From NCBI GenBank assembly GCA_023394875.1, contig JAEXAB010000003.1:364334-428333 (forward strand): a stretch of 64,000 bases of DNA, read 5' to 3'. The notes below the pieces were generated by a model. It had not been told where the DNA came from, ran no database searches, and saw only the letters and a program-made list of their open reading frames with translations. Position numbers and translations under genes: made by a program. The first letter of the stretch is position 1. Every line of letters begins with the position of its first letter. Shown piece after piece: positions 10,637-21,500 of the stretch. This stretch comes from Bacillota bacterium (GTDB taxonomy: Bacteria; Bacillota; Clostridia; Christensenellales; DTU072).

Positions 10637-11395
10637 ATGACACTTATAAAAAAGACTATTATATTGGCATCACAAAATACCGAAGGGTACTGCACTGTAG
10701 TAAGGGTCGGCAACGACGTTGGGGCAAAAATCGTGGGAACGAATTTTACCGAAAATATGCTTGCCGGTATAAAAATAGGCTCTCAAAAAACCTATATCGG
10801 CAAAATGCAGGGACAGAAAACCGAACTTAATTTGCCGCTTAGTTTTTCTCAAAGCGACAATATCGGCTGTATGATTTTAGATAACGACAGAGTTTTCTGC
10901 AAAGGCGGTATTTATATAAGTAAAGAGGACTTTTTTTCCGATATAACCGACGTAGAAACGGCAGCGCCTATTGAGGAAGAAACTATACCTGTAGTGGAAA
11001 TTGAGGCCGATATCGTCATACCCGAAGATGACGATGAAAACGATATGTTAAAGCGACTGGGGGGAGAAAATAACGATTTCTATGCCTCGGCAAAGGAAAA
11101 AATAGACGAACTTTTTGTAATTTATCCACCCGAAAAGAATTTGGAACTATTAATACCCGATTCCAAATGGATAAAAATATCCTACGACGGCGATGATTAT
11201 TATGTGGTAGGACAACTCCTGAGCGACAAAAAACTTACCTATATAGGCTACGGCGTGCCGGGCATAAAAGCCGTGCTCCCGCCAAAAATTACCGAAGGTT
11301 ACGCCGATTGGCTCCCCGTTGACAATATTAAGCCTTATGATGGGTATTGGTTGATATTTCAGAACGCAGAAAATGGAAAAATGTCTAATTTATAG
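10637..11395 (+). CDS. Hypothetical protein with an acidic central linker
   Basis: 252-aa ORF. I recognise no motif. The central stretch is very acidic (EEETIPVVEIEADIVIPEDDDEND), and the C-terminus reads YYVVGQL...YIGYGVPG...GYWLIFQNAENGK. Confidence 0.6.
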   Translation: MTLIKKTIILASQNTEGYCTVVRVGNDVGAKIVGTNFTENMLAGIKIGSQKTYIGKMQGQKTELNLPLSFSQSDNIGCMILDNDRVFCKGGIYISKEDFFSDITDVETAAPIEEETIPVVEIEADIVIPEDDDENDMLKRLGGENNDFYASAKEKIDELFVIYPPEKNLELLIPDSKWIKISYDGDDYYVVGQLLSDKKLTYIGYGVPGIKAVLPPKITEGYADWLPVDNIKPYDGYWLIFQNAENGKMSNL

Positions 11396-12112
11396 CGAAA
11401 AACCACCGTTTACACCGATTACCTGACCGGTAATATAAGACGCCTTATCCGAAGCAAGAAAGACCGCGACTTGCGCCACTTCATCGGGGTTGCCCATTCT
11501 GCCTAAAGATACGTTTTCTAAAAACTCTTTCTTATCTTCAGCGGAAAAACAGCTGTTCATTTTTGTATCGATAATCCCCGGACTAATGCAGTTTACTCTG
11601 ATATTACTTTGCCCAAGCTCTCTGGCTAATGCTTTTGTAAATGCTATTATCCCGCCTTTTGTTGCCGAATAAGCTACTTCGCAGGAGCCGCCGCATTCGC
11701 CCCAGATTGAAGAAATATTGACAATACTTCCTTCCCTTATCCATTGCATTTTTTTAGCTATTTCTCTGGTAATACTCATTGCCGATACAAGATTTATTTG
11801 CAAAATTTTTGCAATATCCTCATCTAATGTATCCACAAACAGCTTTTGCATGGATATCCCTGCATTATTAATAACTACGCTTATATCTTCATGCTGACTT
11901 GTTATTAATTCCGCAAAGGCTCTTGCGCCGTCAGCCGTAGAAAAGTCCCCGAAAACAGGAATAACTTTGCCGATAAATTTATTCTTCAAAAACTCAATTC
12001 TATTAATATTGGAAAAATATTGGGCAACTACGGTATATCCTTCTTCAACCAACCGTTCCACAATTTTTTCCCCTATGCCGCCGCTTGCTCCGGTGACTAA
12101 CGCTTTTTTCAT
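11390..12112 (-). CDS. SDR family oxidoreductase, 3-oxoacyl-ACP reductase (FabG)-like
   Basis: 240 aa with TGASGGIG, NNAG and YSATK motifs. Confidence 0.85.
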   Translation of the reverse strand: MKKALVTGASGGIGEKIVERLVEEGYTVVAQYFSNINRIEFLKNKFIGKVIPVFGDFSTADGARAFAELITSQHEDISVVINNAGISMQKLFVDTLDEDIAKILQINLVSAMSITREIAKKMQWIREGSIVNISSIWGECGGSCEVAYSATKGGIIAFTKALARELGQSNIRVNCISPGIIDTKMNSCFSAEDKKEFLENVSLGRMGNPDEVAQVAVFLASDKASYITGQVIGVNGGFSL

Positions 12113-12122
12113 ATTTTCTCCA

Positions 12123-15100
12123 TTACGGTACTACGGGAATAAAATCTACTCCTCTCAATTCACCTAACATATCGGTGAAAGCGTTCAAATCAACATTCTC
12201 CAGATTATTGAAAAGTTCTATTGAAATATTCAGTTGTGTATTTTTGAATGCGTATTCACCTATATCTCTGATGACGGTTTTTTTCTTATCCATCGGATAA
12301 CCAATATATAAGGTGTTTATGACTTTACCAATTATCGTACCCATACCGCCATCTTCAAACAGGTCGACGTAATTGGTCATATAAGTTCCTTCATTTTCCA
12401 TATCAAAGCTTATGTTAGTGGTATAAGCCAGGCTTGTGCAATTATAAAACGCATAATCGCCAATTGTCAAAACGTTATCGGGCCAACGGAAAGTGGTCAT
12501 ATTTTCGCAGCCTTCGAAAGCGTGAGCTCCGATATCGCTGATATATGCCGACAAATAAACATCGACTAATCCACTATAAGCGAAGGCATATACACCTATC
12601 GTGGTTATCTGATTGTCGCAGTAGCCCCAGCCTACGGATTCACGGAAAACAATATCGTGGTTTTGATTTACAACAGACAAGTTTTCGCAGTGATAGAAAG
12701 CATATGGACCTATCTCGGGCACTTGCATGAAATTGACTGTTTCCAGTTCCTCTACCGATGAGTATGCAAAAGTATGGGTGCTTAATAATGCGTCCCCGGA
12801 TTTTTTCATCATGACGTTGCCTAAAGTTACTTTAATAATATCGGGACAGCGGTAAAATGCGTAATCGCCTATATAAGCATAAATATTATCAGCTTCCGTG
12901 ATGCCTAAAACAACGTCCGTCAGCTTACCAACGCCGGCAAAGGCATAATCGCCGATTTCTATTCCCGGATTAGCTATGTTAAGCTCGATTATATTTATCG
13001 TCCATTCTCCTATTTCTCCGTCAATACCGAAGTTTTCGAAATTGTGCATAAAGTGGTCGGGGATATAGTTTACGTTCTCGGCTATATGTAATATAAAGCC
13101 TTCCTCTCCCCCTACGCCCTTGAATATCGTATTATACCCAACAAACGGATTCCGCGGCAAATTGGTTGTATTAACGTAAACGTTTTCTACCGAAGAACAA
13201 TCCATATATACTGCGGTATTACCCAAAGTTTCCAGATTTGTAGCTAAATATAATGCAGGTAAAGACGCGCAGTTATAGAAAGCTTCGTTCTTAACGGTTG
13301 TAGCGTACTCCATAACTTCGGCAGAAACAAAGCTACTACAGCCGTAGAATGCGCTTTCTCCTATTATAAGAATTGTAGTTCCGATATTACTAATTGTAGT
13401 AAGACTTTCCTGCATAAAGAAAGCGTTGTTGGAAATGGTAACAAGATTTGTAGTAAGTTCTAATACCACTTCTTTTATTTTGGCTCTGTTATCAAGACTG
13501 TAGAACATATTTTCGGGAATAGTTTCCACTAAGTTGCCAATAATGACAAGCACTCCTTCATTTGTATAGAATTCATCGGAATAATTGCCCATACCAATAA
13601 ACACCTCGGTCTTGTTAATTTCGGTGTTATCGTTGTTAAAGTCCGAACAATTAACGGCGTTATAAACAAGATCTGTTAGTTTATTAAGGTTAGCGAAAGC
13701 CCTGTATTTTATCAAAGTAACCGAACTTGGTATTGTCAGCTGCTCTAAGTTTAGGCAGTTGGCAAAAGCTTGGTCCTGTATTGTTAAAAGACCTTCGGGC
13801 AGAACTAAAATTTGTAAGTCTTTTGCATAATAGAAAGCTTTTATACCAATTTCCTGAACGCTGCTCATTCCGCTTACCGTTTCAAAAACTATGCTGATAA
13901 TTTTGGGCGAACTAGCTAGCGTACCGTAGAACAAAAAGCTAGGTATTTTCTTAACCGACGCGCCGATTACTAAATCGGCTCCTGCGCCATCAACGCCAAC
14001 GTTGCCGAATATATTATTATTTTCGGTGTTTTCCATTTCAATACCAAACGCTACCGGCAAATAATTTATTGTGGTTGCACCTGCGCAGTTATAGAAAGCC
14101 TTGTTGCCAATATGCGTTACTTTTTCGGGAACAGTAAGTTCCGATAAGGCGGTACAGCCCTCAAACGCGCTCTCTCCGATATATTCTATATTAGAGTGCA
14201 TAACAACGGTTGTTAGTGAAATACAGTTCTTAAACGCTCCTTCTAAAATTATGATAACTTCATTAGGTATTGTTATAGAAGTTAGCGATTCGCAATTTTC
14301 AAATGCGCTAATGCCTATTCCACCTGTTATTTGTCCTTCAATTACGGTGTTTTTTATTGAAGAAGGCAAGGTTAAATCAAGGGCGATACAATTATAAAAC
14401 GCATAATCGCCGATATTTTCAAGGATATATTCCGTTCCGAAATCTATTGTAACAAGACTTATACAATCATAAAACGCGCGCGCGCCTATTGCTGTCAAGG
14501 TACTGTCGCTTGCCAAAATAACTTCCACCAAACCAATACAACCGCTAAACGCCGAATCACTGATAATTAAGTTGCCAGTGTTTGCCGTTAGAGAAATTAC
14601 TGTTAGCAAAATACATCCCTCAAACGCGCTCACTCCTACGCTTGTTACCGAAGACGGCAAGTCCACTACCGAAACTAAATTCTCCAACATATAGAAGGCT
14701 TTTTCTCCGATAGTTACTAAGTTTTCGTTGCCGCTGAAAATAACACTCTGGATATAATCGCAACCAACAAACAAATAGTTGGGTATGCGTTCTACCGCGC
14801 TGCCAATATTAACGGTAACGGGAGAAGCTTCGCTACCCGCTCCGTCAAATGCCCTGTTACCATACAAATCGGCTACACTTACCGCGTTATAATTTATGAT
14901 AATTAATCCTGTGGCGTTGCCAAAAGCGTTGATTCCTATTCTGGTAACACTTTCCGGTATGGTAATTTCTGTTATCGCTTCCCAATTATTGAAAGCTCCC
15001 TCGCCGATTATACTTAGATTTTCGGGCAAGGTTAAGGAATCAATTATATTCATTCCCGCAAAGGCGTTATTACCTATAGTTGTTATACTGTCGGGAAGAA

Positions 15101-18100
15101 TAAGTGAAGAAAAGTTCAGATTTTCAAAAGCGCTAGCGCCGATTTCGGTAATACCGTCAGGTAGAGTTATTTCCACGATGGAAGTTCCCTTAAAGGCAAA
15201 TTGTCCTACGCGCAACAGTTCAAGGCTATTAATGGTAACAAAATTTACTTTTATTAGATTATAAGCAAAGTAATCAGGAATGTTTTTGACGTTTTCCCCT
15301 ATGATTACGCTTACATAATTTTCCTCATCAAGCGCGCTTCCTAAGTTTTGGAAGATATTGTCGGTAGCTAAACTGTTACTTAACAATGTCGCGTTAAAAT
15401 TAAGGGTATCAACAAGGGTATTGTTGCCAAAGGCTTTTTCTCCGATAAAGGTTACGTTTTCGGTAATTAATATTTCGGTAAGCTTTGCTTGATAGAAAGC
15501 GTATTTTCCTATACTCTCCAAAGCATCGGACAAATATACTAGTTCTATAATATTAATTTCATAATCGCTTCCCGCAGAGAAGATATAATCGGGTATGCTA
15601 ATAACGTTTGCGCCGATATAAACAATAATGCCTGATGATAACGTTCCCGCTAATGCAAACGCTCCGTTATCAACTAACAGGTTATTTAGACTAATCGGAT
15701 TATAATTTATCGTTTCCAACAAAACAGTATCTCTGAATGCGTCGTTTCCTATGCTGATTAAACTTTCGGGCAAAGTAATGTTAGTAATTTTGGCTCCCAC
15801 AAAGGCGCCTTGACCGATACTTAATAAGTTTTCGCCAAAAATTATCTCAATTACAAATGCATCAATATCGTTAAATAAATTATCGGGAATATTAATTATG
15901 TCGCTACCGAAAGTTATTATAATTCCGCTCCCTTCTTTACCTGCGCTGACAAACAGACAGGTATTGTCGGTAAGGGCGTCAATGGCGTTATAATTAATTG
16001 TTACTAAATTAACGCAATATTCAAATGCGCCAGTACCTATTACGGTAACCGTATTAGGAATGGTAATGCTAACTAAATTAACGGCATGGGAGAATGCGTA
16101 AGGAGCAATAGAACTTACAGGCGATAAAATTTCGTAGGTATCTCTTATATCTCCGACAGGATAAGCTATTAGTTCGCTTCCGTCCTTATTAAACAATACG
16201 CCGTCACTTGCGCTGAAATAAATATTGTTTGTATCAACTAGATAATAACCTAAATATGCGCAACCCAAGAAAGCGTCTTGAGCTATTATAGTAACGTTAG
16301 CCGGTATTGTAATACCGATAAGTGAAGTACAATAAGCAAAGGTCTGGGCTTTTATCTCTGATAATAGGTCGGATAAAGTAATTTCTTCTATATCTTCGCA
16401 ACCGTAGAAAGCCTTTTCTCCGATTATACTGATTCCGCTTAAATTAAGTTTGTTTCCGCTAACGCTTATTAAGGAAGAACAGTTATAGAAAGTGCCTTCA
16501 GAAATTTCGGTTATAGTGGGCGGTATGGCAAAGGTAGTAAGGCTGCCGCAGTTGTTAAAGGCATATTTTCCTATAAAATTAATATCCCCTAAGTATGTTA
16601 CCGTTGTTAGGCTGTAACAGTTACTGAAAGCATAATCGCAAATTTGATGAATTCCGTCAGGAATAACTATGGAAACAATATTTTCGTTGCCTTCATAAGT
16701 ATTGCCAAAGCACATAACAGTGTAGCTGTCGATTTCCGCAGGAACGGTTATTTCGGTTTCCAAGCCGTTGTATTTGGTAATAAACGCCTTTCCGCCGTGT
16801 AATGCGTAGATATAATCTCCGTTAACTATCGTATTATAATTATACTCAATAGGCGCGGTAATATCCTTCCAGTCGGTCGCCCAACCACCCAAAGCGGCGT
16901 AAACTTCACACTTTATTTCAATTGAACTACAATTTGCAAAGGCATTAGTACCGATATACCTTGTAGCCGCCGAAATCACGATTTCCGTTATACCGGAGCA
17001 ATTTTCAAACGCGCTTTCTCCAATATTTCTTACCAGTTCGAACTGCTCAACCGTCACTAAGTTATTAAGATTATAAAAAGCAAACTTACCTATCAAAACG
17101 CATTGTCCGCCCTCTTCTATTACTATACCAATAACGTTGGCGCTGTTTTCTACAGAATAGAACAAGTATTCGGGAATGGAAAGCACGCTGCTTCCTATGG
17201 TTAAAACTATGCCCTCACTATCTATACCACTGTCACAGAAAACTTCGGAAAGTGCAGTTAAGTTATTTAATTCTGCGGCATCAAAATAAATTTCGCTAAG
17301 TATCTTTGTATTTGCAAAGGCGTAACCACCTATGGTTTCTACTGAGGAAGGTATTTGAATTGAAATAAGATTTTCGTTATTTGCAAAAGCGTAGCTTCCT
17401 ATGCTGATACATTGGCTGTTTTCCGCAAAAATAACAAAACTAAACGCGGCGTTACAGAACAAATAATCGGCTATATTGCTTAGGTTGTTTGCAATAGTAA
17501 GCTGTCCTGCAGTGTTATAGAAAATAACCGTGTTTTCATCAACTACGTTGGTTATATTCGCTCCATAATTTAGATTTAGGTTGCTTATTTCGGCAAAGGC
17601 TCTGGAGCCTATTTCGGTTATGCTAGCGCCTAGGCTTAATGAGGTTAAATCCGTTCTTTCAAAGGCAGAAACACCTATCGTGGTTACCGTAGTCGGTAGG
17701 CTAATAGAAGTTATCGGCACGGCAAAGAAAGCATAAGCCCCTATTGAGGTAACAGAATATATTCCGTCGTCGGACAGGAACTCAACGTTAACAGAGTTTG
17801 CCAAAGTCGTCGGCGTTTCTAAGTCAACAGGCACGGGATAGAACAAATATGCGGGGATTGCGGTAACTGTACTACCTATTATAATATTAAGGTTATTTGC
17901 TCTCAGGTTGAACACGTAGTTTGCTTGATTAAAATCGTTAAGTAATATAGCGTTATAATAAATATTCGCCACGTTACTACAACCGCTGAAAGCATCGTCG
18001 CCAATATCGGTAACGGTGGAAGGAATTGTTATTTCCAATAAGGCTACGCAAGAAGCAAAGGCGTTATTCCCGATAGATATCAAGCCTTCGGGCAAGTTGA

Positions 18101-18560
18101 CAGAAGTTAATGCCGCACAACCATAAAATGCGTGACTGCCTATAGTTTCTATTACGTTCGGCAACACAACTTCTTCTAGATAGATTAAATCAGCAAAGGC
18201 ATAATCACCAACGGCGGTATCAGAAGCAATTATTACGGTCGTCAAGCTAACGGGAACAAGGCTATCAAAGATATACTCAAATTTGTCTTCCGCTCCTGTT
18301 GCGTCTATGTTTTTGCCGATAAACGGTAGCCCAATAGTTTGTAAATTACTACAACCTCTGAAAGATCCTTGTCCGATTTCCAAAATATTATCGCCGACAG
18401 TTACCGAAGTAAGAGTTGTTAAATAAACAAAACCTTCGGGAGCAACTGCCACTACCGGCAAGCCGTTATAAGTTTCGGGTAAAATTATACTGCTTGGATA
18501 AATATCGTCACTTACGTTTTCGCTTCTTGAAACGATATAACCTGTTTCTAAGTCGTTTAA
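12123..18560 (-). repeat. Coding repeat region of BspA-type LRR units (about 23-25 aa each)
   Basis: Starts after ...YEHIYSYELNDLETGY (about nt 18560-18590). IG..AF..C..L..I.IP..V motifs continue to the C-terminus. Confidence 0.7.
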
Positions 18561-21500
18561 TTCATAACTATAGATATGTTCGTATCTGCCGTAGGCATTT
18601 ATTATCCTGCCGTCAACGTCGGGCATAGAAATAGGAAGGCTGTTGCCTTCAATATCATACCAACCGATAAACACGTAACCTATTATTTCTTCGGGAGAAT
18701 CAAGATAATTTATACTATCGCCGTAGTGGTATAAATATTCTTCGGTGTCAAGATAAGGAGTATTTTCTTCATACTCTGCGCCGATTATATAGTATTTAAC
18801 CTCATAATCATAATAATTATAAACCGCGCTATAGTTTACGTTCTCTCCTAAACCGAAAGTAAATTCATTTTCGGTGCTTACGTCAATAATACCGCCGTCG
18901 TTTATCCATTTAACAAAATACTGACCGATAATGGTGTCGGCTTTTATGTTAATCGATGTTCCGTAGTCGTAAGTACCTTGCGTTAACGGCGTTTGCAAAT
19001 CGGCACCGTTTACTTTGGTAATTTTTCCGTTAGTAAGGTTTACCGTGTGTTTATCAATAACGTAAGAACCGGTAATAATAATATTTCTGTCCAAATTAGT
19101 AATTACCGACGGGAATACTTGATATCCTATAAGCTGCCAGCCACCAAAGGAATAATGTTCAATATAATCAGGATGCGGCAACGTTTCTATAACGTCGGTA
19201 TAAATGTAATATTCCGAAGAATAAAGGAAGTTATCATATCCCGCTCCGTTTATGAAATATTCTACTTTGTAAGACACATACTCATATACTACCTCAATTT
19301 CGGTATCTGTCTGAATATAAAAGCTGTATTCGGTACTAGTGGTTACCGTTATTCCGTCCATTCTTATTTCCACAAATCGGCGACCTGGTTGATTGCCTAT
19401 GTTGGCAACGCTTACAGCTGTATTATAATCAAATATTGCCGATTTTACTTCGTATCCTACAATCCTACCGTCGTTGTTTACCGTCAAAGTATGTCTGGAG
19501 GGTACGAATATCGCCGACAAATGGATATCTTTACTTAAGGTATAGACGTATTCTCCGTTATATTCGGCATAAGGCGTATCTACCACGTTGTAATTTTCAT
19601 TGGGATACTGAGTTATCCATTTCTTAAACCACTTACCTATAGGCAACTGAGCTTGAATAGTAAACTCTGTACCGTAATCATATGGATACGGTCCGCCGGT
19701 TATCGGTGTTTCCAAAGTAACTCCGTCAACAGCTACGATAAAGCCGTATTCTATGGTAACTTCGTGTTGGTCAATAATAAATTCTCCCACGCAAATAAGG
19801 TCGTAAGCGGGCATTCTTGAGGGGATTTCTCCTCCGCCTTCCAAAGTCCAACCGCTGAAATGATAATTCTCTTGAATAGGATCGTCAGGCACTGCTATTA
19901 CTTGGTCATACTTGTACATATACTGCCAAAGCGGATTGTCATAATCGCCGTCTAGTATATAAATAACGTTATAAAGGGTATCCCCAAAGTTAGCGGTAAA
20001 GGAAATGTTCCCCGTCAAAGTAAAGGTATATTCCTCAAGGGAACTTATTGTCAGTCCTGCCGACTTCCAATTTTGGAAATATTTGCCTGTTATGGTATCG
20101 GATTTGATTGTTAATTGGTCGTTGTAATCAAAAGTACCGCTTGTACTCGGGGTTATACTTTCGCCGTTTTTCTTAATTATCTTGCCGTCAACAATGCTTA
20201 CGGTATGTTTGTTGTAGTAGAAAATACCCTCTACTCTGACGTTACCGGCAGGCATTCTGTCGGGGATTTCCGACCAGTTGCCGAAATAATGGTTGGCTCT
20301 TACCGGTGAAGAAAGTTTCACTATCGGCTCATCAAAATCATAAGACTGCGCTTGATAGAGTTCAAAATCGGATTCGTAAACGGCCTTAATATAATACTCC
20401 ACAAGGTAAACGCCTTTGTTGATATAGGCAGTGTATGCCTTGTTGCCCGAAACTCTGAATACATAAGGATTGGTATAACTTACTATTTCGTTGGCGCCCA
20501 CTTTCCAATGCATGAAAATATAACCCGTCGGAACCGTCGCGCTGATGGAAATCTCTTGGTTATAGTCATATACATTGGTTGTTTCTTCGCCCGTTAGCCC
20601 GTTATAGACGGTTATTGTATGCTTTTCTATTGTGAAAGTACCGTAAATGGTAAGGTCGTGAGCAGGCATGGTAGTGGGTACGTCACTCCATCCGCTAAAA
20701 GGCAGATAATGTTCGCAAGAAATATTGCCGGGCACAACAACCGTTCTGTCCCCGTAGTTTAATTCAAAGCTGGCGTATATTCCGCCAACCGACTTATTAA
20801 TTTCTGACTGATATGCCTTTAGGTTTGCTAAATCTTCCCCTACAACCAGTATTTCATATCTAAGAATATAATTTATTTTGGTAAACTCGGCTGTCAAAGT
20901 CACTGCTGAAGTTACGTTGAAACTATACGGGTTTGCCGTACTAATAACATTGCCTACACCATCTACCCAACGGGAAAAACGCTGCCCGATAGGCTCGGTA
21001 GCAACAGCTGTGGCAACCGAATTCCAACCGTAGCTGCCTGTTCCGCTACCGTTAATTACGTTTACCTGGAATTTGTCTATATTAAATACCCCTGTGACTT
21101 CAATGTCTCTCGCCGGCATTTTCATCGTGGGCGGAAGACCCGTCCAGCTGGAAAAAGTATAATGCTCTCTCGTCGGTTCGGCAAGGGGGATTATTGTTTG
21201 GTTGAACTTGTAATAATCGACCTGAACCACTACATTATCAACTTTGTAGGATATCGAATATAATTTATCCTGCGTTACCGCGACGAACTTTATTCTGCCG
21301 TTTACAACGTGCGTGAAGCTTCTTTCGTTGGTAAACGGTTCTTCTTCTCCGTCGATTTTCCAGCCTACGAATTCCTTTCCGCTGGCTGCCACAGTAAAGT
21401 TAACGGTAATAACGGTGCCTTTTTCATAAATTCCCTGTCCGTTACCGCCTGATACTTCAACTCTGTAGGCTTCTACGTATCTTGCTACCAAAGTAAGGTT

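Noticed and set aside
12123-18560. Regular short-period repetition in the DNA as a possible CRISPR or tandem satellite array.
   Set aside because: The periodicity is the 23-25-codon LRR unit of an open reading frame. The units are degenerate at nucleotide level, with no repeat-spacer structure.
18993-19538. A 181-aa plus-strand ORF, and several other 60-120-aa ORFs, inside the giant lipoprotein gene.
   Set aside because: All are antisense or out of frame relative to one continuous 3390-codon ORF with coherent domain repeats.
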